A stretch of 64,000 bases of DNA from Chrysomallon squamiferum. Its lineage: Eukaryota > Animalia > Mollusca. The stretch lies in the NCBI GenBank assembly GCA_012295275.1, contig CM022669.1, forward strand, positions 15,748,001 through 15,812,000, read 5' to 3'. This document shows positions 14,130-30,122 of the stretch, one piece after another. Under the pieces are notes generated by a model that saw only the letters and a list, made by a program, of their open reading frames with translations, was not told where the DNA came from and ran no database searches. Within the stretch, counting starts at the first letter, position 1. Each line of letters begins with the position of its first letter. The position numbers and the translations under genes are program-made.

Positions 14130-14470
14130 TTATCGGATGACGCATGCTCATTCAACATGGAGCCAGTGGCAGCTTATACGTGCAGCTCATAGAAATGTTT
14201 GCACTCCATAACCATAATTTGATATCAGTTGTTAACAACATACATTCAGAACCAATTATAGTTTCTGTTTCTGTCCTATAAGTGTCTTCATATTTGCTGC
14301 ATTTTTCCTCTGCCCTCCTCCCATACGTCACTTTTTTTCTTTTTTTCCCCCTCCGGATCCGTCATTAGGGGAAATTCCTTTCCCGAATCCATCTCAGGAG
14401 CTCGTTGTATGATAAAACAAAGCGGTGACGTCAAATGTCTAAAACACGGTGCTCATTGTCTGACGTCATA
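14130..14470. promoter_or_regulatory. Candidate enhancer with two full CREs and an NF-kB consensus site
   Basis: TGACGTCA at 14426-14433 and 14461-14468, TGACGCA at 14138, TACGTCA at 14324, GGGAAATTCC at 14369-14378. Confidence 0.4.
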
Positions 14471-14564
14471 ATAGGAACTCGTAGGATTTCTGTAATTAGA
14501 AAGTTTTACTTCAGTCGTGTGAATTGAAATTATTATTATTATTATAAATTAAAAAATATAATAA

Positions 14565-14676
<112 letters not shown>

Positions 14677-15761
14677 GTTCATACACACATCCAGATATAT
14701 ACCTATACTGATAAACACATTTGTGTGTACATATGTATATATTTCTCTATATGCAGATACATACATACATATAAATTCACGTATATTCATATAAACAAAC
14801 AGACACACGTAAAAAAAAGTCAGAGAGAAAAACAAACACGCATTATATACCTGTTTCAAAAAACATAAAATACATATTGGTTGATCACTTTGCGTAATTT
14901 ACCTATGCGCTAACCGTATCGTATATTGTTTCTATATAACTATATAACTGTTGTTGCAATGACAATTTAATATTCCAATTATTATTTTATAAATATATTT
15001 TATTTTATATTTTATCTTTAACCTGTTCGTCCTTTTTCAAGGATTTCTCTTATCGTGTTTGACATATTATATAATATTTAAAATGTTGTGTTGATATCGC
15101 TGAAGTGAAAAAAAAAATAAATAAAATAAAAAAAATAAAAAATAAGTAACACAAATTGATCGTCACGACATTCAGTCTTCTGTAAAGGAATTCTGACTTT
15201 AGGCATTGTGCGTATGATAAGAAACAGAGAAATAAAAAAACCCACAAAAAACACGGCAGTTGTAAACAATTTCCCCAACTCCCGACAACGAACTGAAATT
15301 ATCTAAACACAAACTAGATTAGCAAAACAACAACGGCCAAGAATTATTCTGATAACCACCAATTTCAAAACATCTTGCGAAAATTTCAGTTTTCAGGCTC
15401 TTGTTTCAAAAAAATAAAGTATGCTGGTATTCGCTTCGAGGCGTGTTGACGCGTTTTGCATGAGAGGCTGAACTGTAAAGCATGCTGGATAATTTTAGAT
15501 AACTGAGCACACATCACAACACCACGTATAATTATCACAGGCTGATGACCCATCTCTGTCATGCCTGGCGTAGCACTAATTTACATATTTAACGCAGGTA
15601 AAATAGTTCCGATATGTCACCGTTTTAAGCTCATGTCACGACTGTTGATATTATTAGAATGCTCAAGGTATGCAATTATTTTCTTCAATGCTCAACATAA
15701 GCATGTGGCGGTGTAATAGTAGCGTGTATACGAAAAAGTGGGCGAAACCAACGAATGTTGT

Positions 15762-15792
<31 letters not shown>

Positions 15793-16061
15793 ATTATTAT
15801 TAGTACTGGGTTTCTTCTTCTTCTTCTTCTTCTTCTTCTTATTATTATTATTATTAGTAGTAGTAGTAAGAGCAGTGGTAGTAGTAGTAGTGTTGTTGTT
15901 TCTGTTGTTTTTACTATTAACTCGATGGGTATAGCACACGTTTCATAATAAAATTATATAAAATTTGATTCTTGTTAACCAAAAACGAAAATAAATAAAT
16001 AAATAAATAAATAAAAAATAAATAAATAAATAAATAAATAAATAAATATTAAGAATGAAAA

Positions 16062-16093
<32 letters not shown>

Positions 16094-17504
16094 TAGAAAG
16101 AAATTTCAACACAGGAGTTTCGCTCTGAATCTAAATTACAGACTACACAATTTCGACATAAAAAACTTAATATCCACAGCGTTTTCTCACAAAACTGTTA
16201 GTGCGAGGACCTGCCCAAATGACATTAAAAACATAATTATACCTGAGTTCGAGATAAATTCTTCATTTTTTTTATTTTTAACGCAGACAATACGCTGAAC
16301 ATTCAAATCGTTGTTTTTTTTGTGTGTGTGTTGACGATACGTGATATGTCAGCACTAAGCGGAGATTTTAAATAAGTTTCTAAAGATCAGCGTATGGTTA
16401 AGCTTGCGGATCAAAACGAGATTTTAATACTGGTGGTCTCCGTCTCCATACACTGAGCCAAAATTTACTGACGCTTCCGATACCAAGAGATAAATAATTA
16501 ATCCAAACGTTGATTCTACACGAAGTCGTAGATCAACTCGTTTGTCTTTCAACGAAATACGAACCCATTTAGAAACAGCTCGAGCGAAACCCCTAGGTAA
16601 CAAAAATAAGAATATAATGTTACTAATGCACTTATTAGAACGTATTCTTCTAATATTTATGTTCCCCTCCACAGTCATGGTTTTGTTTTATGAATTAAAA
16701 TAGTGACAGAAATTATGTATGTGGGTATCGAAGAATAAAGAGGAGTGTGGTGTGATATGGGTAGAAGAAGGATTGTAACCTTTCAGCTGTTTCTGAAAAA
16801 TTCACAAGTGTAATAAGTGCGAATATAAACAACAGAGTAGCTGATAGAATTTTTCTTAAACAACAACAACAACAACAACAATAAAGACAATAACAACAAC
16901 AGCAATAACATGTAAAAGAGGAAGAAGAAGAAAAAGAGGAAGAATAAAACGAAGAAGAAGAAGAAGAAGAAGAAAAAACAAAAGAAAAAAAAGAAGAACA
17001 ACAAAAAACCCCTTAACATCCAGGCCAGAATTATAACAATGAACCTCGTTTCCTGAATGAAAACAAAAAAGAAATTCATTATTATCGTAGATTGTTTCAA
17101 GAAATGCTAAGTACGCATAACTGTAACGAAAAGAGAAACATAAGAAAGACATCTTTGTGGATGTTAACACATCCGGAGTAGTCTCCCTTAAACTTAAATT
17201 AGAAACAACAACTGGTGAAACGCTACTGCTTGTGAAGTTTCCTCGATGTATCAGTATGGCGAAGCGAAAATCGTTATACTGAAACTGCGCACAACTGTAA
17301 TAAAATGCTTTCTATTCAAAGAAATTGAAGCCGATTATAGTTATATATTTGTATTCCAAATAATCATTTATTATATCGGACATTTCCTTCTGTTTAATTT
17401 AGAAAGTGATTCCCCCCCCACAAAAAAAATAAAAATAAATAAAAAAATAAAAATAAAAATATAAATAAAAAAATAAATAGATAAATAAATAAATATAAAA
17501 ATAA

Positions 17505-17556
<52 letters not shown>

Positions 17557-17892
17557 AAAATTGTAAAAATGCTGATAACCATTGCAGATAATAGCTACAT
17601 AATTAACTTAAAAGGCTTTTAAAATTATTTTACACACGCGCACACACACACACACACTTACCTGTTCATTAGATCTTCGTGTTAAACGAGGTCAAGTATG
17701 AAATCGCGTACGTATGTTGTTTAAGAACGGTAACTCCGCGCATATTATTTTAACTCAGAGTTGAGGTTCCTGGGACGTTTTCTCTGATTTCACTTTTATA
17801 TTTTCAGGAATAAACTATAGATAACCACAGACGTTAAAATAAATATATTGTTATTATGAACACTGAAATACATCTGTTCGAGATAGATAGAT

Positions 17893-17999
<107 letters not shown>

Positions 18000-18072
18000 T
18001 TTTCAAATTTCTGAGGAATGTACAGAAGATATAGCTTTAAGTGAATTGTTAAGTTGACAATAAGTTCTTTGC

Positions 18073-18114
<42 letters not shown>

Positions 18115-19287
18115 AGCTGTTGTTACTGAAATTAAAAAGTTATAAAATAAAATAAAATTCACAAAATAGAATCAAATTAAATTAAATCTCATTGTTTACG
18201 AGAAACAACAATTCATGAACCAGTGACAAGAAATGCACAATATTCTAATAATAAAAAAAAAGCATCACGTACATAATTTTATATCTCACTGTCTGTCGAT
18301 CAGGAGAGAATTTCCCGTGGATTCAGACTCTGTTACTTTCTAGGAAGTCTCTAGTGTATGTCTGTCGACAGCTGACAAAACTTTTGTTCTCGCCTCGGCT
18401 TGTGAAGAAAGAGATGACAGACAAAAGCACTTAACATATGGAACATCAGTTAGCATCCCAAACGAATGAAACCGATAGCTTCAGTAGTCACAGTTAGAGA
18501 TCATTCCAAGATGTCGATATAAGTAGCGAATAAACACTTAATATCTGCATCAACTACAACTACACATATAATCTACGTCTTTAATTAGAACATTAAAAGC
18601 AATCCTTTATACATTTACATTCATAATTCCTGTGTCGGTGACAAAAATTATCATATCTATTACAAAACTACTATTCTTCTTTTGTGTCTTATTTTAAAAG
18701 GTTATACCTGTCATTTATGTGATGACAGTATCTGGGAGGACAATCTCTAACTTTCGTCTGCGGACTAGAGATTAGAAAAAAATAGCACTTTCCAATTTAT
18801 CTTTTCAAAAAAAATCAGGAAAGGTAATAAAATTAGACACTCGCTGAAATGCTGCGGGGTTTTGGTGTGGAACGGAGAAAAAGTGGAACGGGAGCAATCG
18901 AGCAGTATCGATCTTGAGACTTATCGTTTTAGAGGCGAGAGTTCTGCTTGAGCCGAATTACGTTATCCGAGCCTGAACACAGAGCTTACTAGAAAACAGA
19001 CAGATGTGACGTCCGCAAATGTATCTCAATGGTGTTTTTACTTTTAAAGCTGATATTTACTTTCCGTAACCTTTCCGTTAGTAAACACGTAAGACTCCCA
19101 CATCGAAAACAGAACGCATTCCAGTATGGGAAAAAGAATTTTAAAACGAACATCTGTCTCTACTGGGATTTAGCAGCTTCAGCGTTAGTCCTTAGTAAGT
19201 ACGCTTTTTGAGAGAAGATGATGATACTGATGATGACGATGATACTGTGATGATAATGGTAATAATGATGATAATAACAACAACAAT

Positions 19288-19323
19288 AATAGTAGTAGTA
19301 ATAGTAGTAGCAGTAGCAGTAGC

Positions 19324-19385
<62 letters not shown>

Positions 19386-19400
19386 TAGTAGTAGTAGTAA
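19288..19400. repeat. (AGT)n trinucleotide repeat
   Basis: Direct reading. Confidence 0.95.
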
Positions 19401-19705
19401 ACAAATAAATAAAATTAACCAAATGTTTACGGAATCCGGAGACGGTGTTTAATTTGAAAATACACACATACATGTGTTGTAGAAAATAGTTTAGTCTGAG
19501 ACACACACACACGCACACATACACATTCACACACACAGCACACGCACGCACACACATCAAAAACGCACACTTACACATATACGCACACATACATACAAAC
19601 ACATATATATTTAGGGAGTGTAACTTAAAGCATGTTGACATCACAGAAAAGAAAGGCGCAATGCTTTGAACACAAAGGAAAATAAATAAACATTTTATGT
19701 ATATG

Positions 19706-19755
<50 letters not shown>

Positions 19756-21194
19756 GAGCACATTAAAATCATTTTGTCTCTGTGTGTTAACGTTTCATAA
19801 TCATCTACAGATACGTTCACAGACATAGCCATATCTAATTATACACACAGTCAACTTCCATTGTCATTTAACCGTTGTACAAGAGCTTCTGAAATAAATA
19901 TAATTGTTAACATTGTTACTTCGAAACAAAAGTATATTTTGTAAAGAAAAACATAACAGAAAATGTATTTTAACGCTCATAAAAAGATAAAATATCACAC
20001 ACAAACGAGAAAAACCTCCGTTAATCAGCCAATAAAGCATAGATTTGCTTCTTGTCTCAGATTTTTCTCTGCGTTATTGTACCTGTCATGTAAGAGCGAA
20101 AGATCTCAGACTTTGAAAAATTCTTGCGGATTTATGAGCCTATTTCGATGATAGGTACTAATATTCGCGTAAGCCTTTTTCAACAAAGAATGCTTATTTG
20201 CCAGACATGATGGAGACGAAAAATTAACTGCTTGTAAAGAAAAATTAAAAACACACGCACGCGCGCCTAACATCTTTGCACGGGCTGGACGTGTCGCGTT
20301 AATTACTCATTACGAAGCTGTCATGTGTAAAGCTGGTAAATTGGTGATAATGTAAACAACAAGATGGCAAGTTTCTGTTTGTACCGAGTTTTCGGTGGCG
20401 TATCTTAGACGTATTTGGAGGGGCTTTAGTTATTCCTTCTGATGTTGTGAAAACATGTAAAGTAGATGATTCTCACACATCATCAAATTTTTGTTAATTT
20501 TAATACACACACACATTCACAAACACAACGACTGCTTCTTTAATATTCTCGGATGTGCACCTTCGTAGCCCATAATACGCGCAGGCACTCACGTGCGTAT
20601 GCAAACGAAAACAAACCTATCAAACTGTATGAGCAAAGGGTCTTTTATATACAGTTTCCCGGAGAGGGCAGATATTATAACGGGTGTATATATCTGAAAA
20701 AAACCCAGTGATGATGATGATGCAAAACCCTCTTTCTTTCATCACTGGAACCGCCCGTAGTTCTGATTGGTTTTTAAGTTTCCAATAGAGATAGTGTGGA
20801 TGTATTTAAAATTCCTTTTCGCATCACCTCTCGTCCGTTTTCTGGTTGGCATTTGTTTTTGTATTTTTCTTTCTTTCTTTCTTTCTTTTTTTTTTTTTTT
20901 TTTTTTTTTTTTTGTTTTTGTTTTTTGTTTTGTTCGTCTGGTGTGGTCTTCACGGCAATGAGGCAAAACTAATCCCCGTGATAAAATAATGTGTTGTAAT
21001 AAACTAATAGTAATAATTCATGGTTTATAATTGAAACTGACAATAGAAAATTGATGTTACGATAATTTATGCAGACATTTATTTATTATTACATACTGAC
21101 CGTTTCTTGTTGTCATGTTAAATGGATGAGTGCAAATAATTCCATGATTAGTGAAACCAAATTTCAGCATTTGAATGTGGAGTTAGAAATTTAT

Positions 21195-21245
<51 letters not shown>

Positions 21246-22966
21246 ATAATAATAATAATAATAATAATAATAGTTGTAATTTTAGTTGCAGAAGCAGTAG
21301 TAGTAATGGTAGATATAATAGTAGTAGTAGTAGTAATAATAGTGCTGACAATGATTATGATGATATTGATGATGATGCTGAGAGACAAACAGAATAGACT
21401 GACTTATATAAAATATTTGCCTCTCCGTCTTTAACTGAACAGGTCGTGTCTTGTTGCATGCTGTCCGGAACATAAAAGAGAATACATATATTTATATAGG
21501 AACAATAGTTGTCTGAGTAATTTTTCACAATCATAATAACTGATACTGAGAATTAGATGCAAAGCTGAAAAGCACTCACCTGTATCTTGTTGCATGCAGT
21601 CCATGAATGACATTTCTTACTGTACACGCATTTGTCCGAAAAATAATGCTAACTTGCATTCTTTAAAGTAGTCATTTCTTTGGCATTGAGTGGACAAAGT
21701 TTCAAAATATGCTTCTTAATTTTCAAGTTCACTTTGTGCTGGAAATGGTAAATACTGTATTGCGTGAAACAGCATTTGTTGTGTGTTTAATATCATCAGT
21801 TTGAAATTCATGAATCGGAAAAAGTGTTATGTGAAAATGTAGATGAGTATCTATTTGGAAACTCCCAACGTAATGTCAATGCTTTATAATAAAAATACTT
21901 TCATTTTCAAAATCATTATTATTTCTATCGTAACATTCATTTTTCAGAAATTCTGGATCTGCCTTATAATTATTGAATTTTATTAATTAATATTATTAAG
22001 TTCATTCTGAATTCGAGCTAACGTTTTGTGTTATTATTATTATTATCATCATCATCACCATCGCCGCTATCTCTATTATTTCTCTATCTCAACAAAGCTC
22101 TTTCTGAAACAAACAAAACAAAATAATCTACAATGTTTCGTGGACAAAAATAGAAACTGAAGAGACAATAATTATAAAATATGGTAATTTTTTTTTTCTT
22201 ACTGCACGTACTCTGTTCTTAGTAACTTCCAGAGTTTCTCGGATAACTTCATCATCCATCATAACTGCCCTGACATTTCGAGGATCGCTTAATAGATATT
22301 TCACTTGTCACTCGCACCTTCGGCTTGTCTGGTAATGTTCCGCACAATTAGAAGTACTTCATCTGAATAATTACAAGGTTTTGTGTTGAAACAGGTACCC
22401 CGGACAAGAAAGAGTCGAGCAAATCAGCTGAGATATTCCATAGTCGAGAAACAGGAGATATGATTAGTTTCCCATCAATACTCGTATTACTTAGCTTTAT
22501 GGAAGAAGAAGAAGAAGAAGAAGAAAAAAAAAAAAGATGTGTGCGTGTGTGCGTTTGTGTGTTGTTTGAACGTAGGTTAATGGAACCGACTGGAAATGTC
22601 GGCTCACAAATCACGACTATAGAATTGTGATAATGGACGAAAGAAGAAGAACGAGAGAAAAAGACAGTGATAGATATACATACGTTCACACGTACGATGA
22701 AGGCAAAGCGAGATATGACAGAGATAAAGAAGTTTTAGACAAAGCTGATGACAGATCTGACAGTCTAGTAAAGACACACACACAAAAGAAGAGAGAAGAA
22801 TAGATATGAATAAACGGAAAATTTGGAGAGATATACAACAGCAACAGTAATAACAACAGAATTAGAATGATAATATTAACAGTAACAACATAAACAGCAA
22901 TAATCATAACTTGTGTTTATATAATTATATTCTTTAAACAGCTTAATAATAACAGAATAATAACAT

Positions 22967-23035
<69 letters not shown>

Positions 23036-23644
23036 TATGTAATGATGCTTTCTGTTAGAAAAACGATATTTCATGTAGAATTTGTTAAAATAAGACATTC
23101 GACAATATTTTGACAGCACCTAACGATTTAATTTCACATACATTTCAACTTCGAGGATGATAAGCCACGAATATCAAGGAGTAAATGTAAAATGATTGAT
23201 TTGCTGCAAAACTGATGGTCTCCGAACAGAGTTTTCATCGAAAAAGTGAAAAACATGTTTTTTTTTTAAATATCTGACATTTATAAATTTTGCTGTGATT
23301 TTTTTTTTTAATGCTGAAAAATGTAAATCAGTCTGACAGAAATGTATGACCGAAGCAAGCAGAGTGTAAAGGTTAGTAGATTCATAAACATAGAAAATGA
23401 AATACAACCGTTACATTTAATGTAGAATGTACATGAAGTAAAAAAAAAAAAAAAAAAAAAAAAAGATAAAGATCCATTAGATTTTATTAAAAATATATAT
23501 TAAGATGTAATAATCATAATGATAATAATAATAATAATAATAATAACAACAACAACAACAAAAACAACAACAACAACAATAAAACCATCAGACTACTGCT
23601 CCTGCTACTACTACTACAATGCTACTACTTCTGCTATTAACACG

Positions 23645-23687
<43 letters not shown>

Positions 23688-23787
23688 GCTATTGTTGATT
23701 GAGTAGCGAAAGCAGAAGTAAAGCTGTAGTGATAAATTATTTAAGAAACGTTTTTCCTTTTCGTCTACTTCTTCTAATTATTATTAT

Positions 23788-23819
<32 letters not shown>

Positions 23820-24640
23820 TTATTATTGTTGTTGTTGCTGTTGTTACTACTATTACTGTTATTATTATTATTATTATTCAGTCGTACAAAAAAATAAAAA
23901 TAATAGTAATAAAACAATTTGACATTTTCAGCATAATCCATGAATAAAGTTGCCAATATTGCCTTCATTGTAATCTATGAATAACAAATGTTATTTTTTT
24001 TTTTCTTCTGATACATGAAAGATTGTTTATATTGCTTCACTGGTTGAATCCAGGAAACAATAAATCCTTTATAAGGCTAAAATGTTAATAATCTACGTCA
24101 AGTGAAAACAAAAAATTCTTCAATCCAATAAAAATATAGTTATTTATACCATTGAACTTTTAATCCCACGTCAAATAAACTCGTTTTACATTGCTTTCAT
24201 CTTAATCCTGGTAGAATTAAGTTTTGTATGTATATTTAGTTATAATCCATTATAAATTATCAAAGAAGAGTAAGATACATGATATTTTGGGCACAGAAGA
24301 ATTCATACTTTTCATCACTAAACGTCTTAATCTGGTTTTACATTTCGATAGAAATCATGTTAGATTTGACAATATCTTTCTTAATCTGTGGTATAAAGAT
24401 GTTAATTTAAATCGTTCAGAAAGACTCGAGAAAAAAACAAAAACAATATTAATAATTAGTTTTGGTAATCCCAGTAAGTTTTCGTGTCGATTACATGCAA
24501 GAATCAAGTGTTACGAATTCTAGGTTTTATATACGTAGATGTGTGTGTGTGTGCGTGTGTGTGTGTGCGTGTGTTTGTATGATATATATATGTATGTATG
24601 TATGTATGTATCTCTGTATGTATATATATGTATGTATGTA

Positions 24641-24677
<37 letters not shown>

Positions 24678-25624
24678 CTGTGTGTGCGAGTGCGTTATTC
24701 GTATATGAACGACTGTATTCATTAGATAATTAAACTATTGTAGGATTCTGAATATTTCCGTATGTCATGTTTCTAAGCGGGTTAAAAACATTGATCGCTA
24801 ATTTAATTTACCACTGCATTAAGTGTTGTGTTGCATGTTGACAACCTTAAGTAATTTCTGATTCTTTAAATATCTTCTGATAAAAAAAAAACTATTGCAA
24901 AAATTATATATAAACAACACAAAAATATGCATGCACAATTTTCATTTATATGAGTATGCAGATATTGTAAGTGTTACTGCATGTTATGACTGACGTGAAA
25001 TAGTTCCACTTGGCAAACAAACTAACAACATCAGTACGTCTTAATAGACTGCAAGGAAGGAAGAACGTATTGTGCAGTTTTAAGAACTGTAACGGAAAAA
25101 ACAGAGAGTAAATCAGAACAAAGGGTGAAGAAAAAAGGTACGTCATCCATCTCACTGGAGGTAGTTCGTGCTCCAGTGAAGCTAGGCGAGGGGTAAAACG
25201 CGGACATGAAGGTAGGATGCGGTTAAGTGAGATGAGGTGTAGCTTGCAGAATTCTTTGAGTTCTCGCCTGTACCATTCGCCATTTTCTTCATTTTGTGAT
25301 AAACATTCCTGACAAATCTGGTGTTTGTTTCTTTCTTCTTTTTTTTTTTTTTTTCTTTCTTCTTGTTAAAGTAGCATTGTGAAATCTATATCTCTTCGAG
25401 AGCCTACTTAGCGCGGTAGACGTTTTCCATTGTTTGTTTGCTTTTTTAAAAGTTACTTTTATTGCTATTATTGTTCGATGGTTGAACTGGTGCTTGCTTT
25501 TGTCTACAATGGTTCAGCAGTTGGTGATAAATAAATTATGGATAATAAATGAAGATAAGAGTTTAAGAATTTAGTGGAATTTTTTTTCTAATCTTATTTT
25601 GTAAATCATTTCTTATTGATAATG

Positions 25625-25627
<3 letters not shown>

Positions 25628-25708
<81 letters not shown>
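25628..25708. repeat. (CT)n microsatellite
   Basis: Perfect tract. Confidence 0.98.
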
Positions 25709-25712
<4 letters not shown>

Positions 25713-26692
25713 CTAGCTCTCATTTTGAACACACTCCTTTTATTCTTTACCTTAAAATCAACTCCCATCTCTTTCTATCCGGTCTTTTTCTTTCTCTAAT
25801 ATTTTTTCAGAAATTTCAATCATAGACAGGAATACTGATTTAAAGAAAAGATATATATATATAGTTAGTGTGACGTATTACTTTCAATATATTGTTTAAA
25901 CGCTTCTTTCAATTTAATATGTTCAAGTTCCATGTGTAATATATTCGAATTTCTATAAAACGAATCAAGAAAAAAAAAAGGCTCAAGACATATTAAAATC
26001 AATTTCTGATCAGTGCCGAAACTTAACAGTTCCGACCGATAAATAAAAACGTGCATAGATCGAGGCAGGGGTCGTAAACGCCATGATCCTTAGTTTTTGC
26101 CGACTGATACGTTTTTGTGGGTTTTTTATTTAATTTTTTCAACAGATAGTCGAATTTCATCTTCACATTCATAACATCGTTAGCAGTGATTTCCCCATCA
26201 ACATCCTACCATAAATGTAATTTTTTATTTTTTTTTTTTTTTTTTTTGATGATGAAAACGAAGATGCTAGTCTCTTACAAAGACGAAGGCGAAGATTAAT
26301 TAATCAGCACGTTTAACGGATTTCCTTTCAACATGAAGTTTTTACTGTAGCGTATCGGGCAGCTAAAAAAAATTACAAGCACGTTTTTTTCTGAGCTCTT
26401 AAAGAAAATATGTGAGGTGCATCGATAGTTCTGTTGCGACATTTGTTCACTGTGGATATCTGGAGTGACTTATTATTAACACTTTTCAGTTGTTATAAAC
26501 ACTTGAGATGGTGTTCTTTAAAGTATCGAAGAAACACTAAAACTCTCGTCAATCGTGCAGCTGCGAGTTCAGCCGAAACACGAAACTACGATTGTAGTTC
26601 TTTCTGTTGTTTTTATTCTTCTTTTTTTTTGTTGTTTGTTTGTTTGTTGTTGTTGTTGTTATCTTTATCTTAATAAATAATAATTTAAAAAA

Positions 26693-26723
<31 letters not shown>

Positions 26724-27141
26724 CAACACACATACACAAAAGAGAAAAAAAACATAAATAGAAAGAAAAAAAGAAAGAGATAAAATGGTTTGACGAGGGT
26801 ACAGATAGGAGGCAGGTGCAATGGTGGAACGAAGCGCGAGATTTATCGAAGCGATGCCCATTCGCCCTCGAGAAAGACGCGCGTGCGACCTTGACATTTG
26901 ATCAGACACTCGACTGGTTCGTTGACGGGCAAAGTTGATGGGCAACGTTCGAAAGACGGAACTCTACGTTTCTCGTCTATCAGTCGCATCAATGGAGTTT
27001 TCGCGGTTGATAAATAAATCAAATCCACGGCTGACTTGGCGTGCACCGGCGAATTCCAGATTTCATAATTATAAATGACAAGAACGGGAAAAATTATTGT
27101 GACCAGTGTTGCAAAACAGGTGCTGGGCTTCCGTCAGACAG

Positions 27142-27176
<35 letters not shown>

Positions 27177-29851
27177 CAACAAAAATATGTCTGTCTTTCA
27201 GATATTTTATAGTCTGGTTACGATTCGTTAAATTTACTGTTTGAAAATAAAATAAAATTCAGCTACACGTCTTTGAAACCACCGGCTCGGTTCGTTATAT
27301 TTATTGAGGAATCTTTTAAAGAAATTTTTTGGTTGTTTTGATCAATTGTCAACTTTAACTCGTTTCAGTTTGTTTTGACACTTATACCACTTCCTTTCAG
27401 AAAATGTATGTGTGAGTGTGTGTGTGTTTTTTTGTGCGTTCGCGCGCGCGCGCGCTTATAATATATGTATGTATATGTTTCACATACACACACGCACTGA
27501 TCTGCGTTTGCTGTATGTTGCTTGTAAAATAGAATTATATAACAATTCGTTATTGTTTCTAGTTCATATTTTCTGCTCTTAACTGACGTAAATATTTACG
27601 GTTTTCATTTGCATCTATTGTAGAAAAAGCAATTGTTTTCATCACAGTTCAGTACATTTATTACTGAAAGAAAATAGAAATAAACAGCGCAACCATCAAG
27701 CTTAGACATTTACGAAGAATAATTTGTATTTTCATTTTTATTTCGGAAATTGTTTTCTTCAGAAATTTGCATACAGAAAGACAGATTACAAAACATTTCT
27801 GACAAATGTACGACCGTGGCGATACGGCTAATTAGTTTTGGTTTGGAAATAGTTTCAAAGAAAATAGAAATAATAAATGGCTTCTTTCACAGCAGTTTCT
27901 AGTAAAATGAATGTGTTAGAACGTGACGAAAGCTTCTAAATTAAGCAATCTGAGATGGACATAAGTAGCTACACGATTTAAAAAAAAAGACAACAAAAAA
28001 CAACAATAAACCGACACATCTTTATCCGCAGTTAAAACAACGATTACAACAGCAACAATAGCAACGATGTTAAACGACAGCAAACATAATAATGATGATG
28101 TTGATTATGATGATAGTGATGATGAAGACAGTAAGAAGAAGGAGAAGAAGAAGAAAATTGTTCAAAATTGCTGAAATGAGAAAAAGATAAAAAAAAGAAA
28201 AAAAATATTAGAAATGTCAGATGCATATGTCTATGCATATTTTTGTGAGTATATATGTATGTACGTATGTGTGTGAGTGTACGTGTGTATGTATGTGTGT
28301 GTATATATATATATCTGTGTGTGTTTATGTGAGAGTGTATGTGTGTAAATGTGTGGAATTTCAGTTTGCATACATCTCCCTGTCAGTCAAAGATTTTTGT
28401 TAGACTCTTAATTATAACCAAGTACTCTTATACAGAAATTAATTAAACATTTAATAGCGCACATTGGACGAAGTCTGATGGAAGCACAGTCCACATTATT
28501 TTGACAAAACAAATACTGGGTTCCTGCTTTGTCTGAGAACGCCAGTAACACGGTTAAACAAAGCAATATTGCGGTATGTGGAACATACAGACACCTGTTC
28601 TGTGTATGGGCGGGTGTATAACGCGATTCAAGGTGAGAGGCCAGCGAGAGAAAATATCAAACTGAAAGCCAACGAGGCAACTGTCGACATTTTCAGACAA
28701 ATTTCTATCTCTTCAGCATCAGCAATAGTCAAGCCACATAATTTGTCAATTTGGATGCACTGTATAAAAGCTGTCTCTGTGATGTGTAATGTGTCTGTAT
28801 TGTTATTTGTCTGCGTGGCGTGTAAATTGAGTTCAGTTTATATTGTTTTTAAGTCTCTTTCTCTCTCTCTCTGTCTGTAATTCTGTCTGTCTGTCTGCAG
28901 TACGATGTACTAAATTAGAAAAAGGAACGCAGTTTTGCAGTGCGAATGTCTTGGGGAAAAGACGGTTTAATTCTGACAAATGTCTTCATATTGGCAATAC
29001 AGTCCTAACCAAAGGCTTATACGATTCATGGCAGTACCTGGTAATAGTCTATGCCAGCCTAAAGCTAAGAGTAAAATGTTCAACTGATTGAATGTTTTTT
29101 TTTTTTTTTTTTTTTTACAGTCTGTCTGAATCCCAAGATTTTAGATGGCTTAAACCATTGGAAAGATAGGCAGAGATCAGAGATATCGTTTTTATCGCAA
29201 GATAAAAAGACTTTGTGTCTGTTGTTACTTTCTCTCTGTACCTCTGTCTCTAAATGCCTATCATTATCTAGTTATTTCCATACGCACTGGCTTAACTTTG
29301 TTCCCACCATAGTATTCATTCATCGTGCTCACTTATTTCATACAAAAAATACAATTAATGGAAGCAGTGTTTGAAGTAGTTTTAACTGTAGTTGTAACAA
29401 TAGTTTTACTAACACTTGTGATTGTTGTAGTAACGATGATAATCAAAAAAAAACAATTTCACCCATAGATTACTTATTTACTGATTTATTTTTTGTTTGT
29501 TTGTTTATTTATTTATATATTAATTTATTTTGAAATTTTGAAATTTTTTCAATAATTTAATGGACTTTTTTTTTTTTTTTTTTTTTTTTGGAGGGGTTGG
29601 TGGGGGTAATAAAGATGTCTGTGTTTGAGACGATAACATTTGTTTGTCTTTTCTTCGACGTTTGTTATCTCATAACCGACAAAACATTATCTAGAATAGT
29701 AACGTTATTTTTAATGCTCGGGTTTATCTGATAACTTGCTGTTATTATGTAACACCTGCGAGATATTTTTAACAAGTCGCACCTGCACTTTTTTGTGAGA
29801 CGTTTAACACGTGATAACAAAAGGAGTTATTTTTCATGATATATGTATCTC

Positions 29852-29882
29852 TGTGTGTGTGAGTGAGTGTGAGTGTGTGTGT

Positions 29883-29958
<76 letters not shown>

Positions 29959-30031
29959 TTTACTTAGTTGTTGTTGGCTGTAACTGTTTGTCTATATAAT
30001 ATTTTTATATTTATAAAAAGTATATTCTTGT

Positions 30032-30120
<89 letters not shown>
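29852..30120. repeat. (GT)n 29852-29956 and (CT)n 30035-30120 microsatellites
   Basis: Direct reading. Confidence 0.97.

Positions 30121-30122
<2 letters not shown>

Noticed and set aside
18860-18975. tRNA-like sequence on the minus strand
   Set aside because: Only vague A/B-box similarity and no cloverleaf. At most a very decayed SINE.
28569-29091. Complex-sequence ORFs (103 aa, 82 aa), also 30317-30646, 54008-54343 and 56667-56960
   Set aside because: Mostly non-ATG starts, no recognisable domains and no consistent splice pairs.
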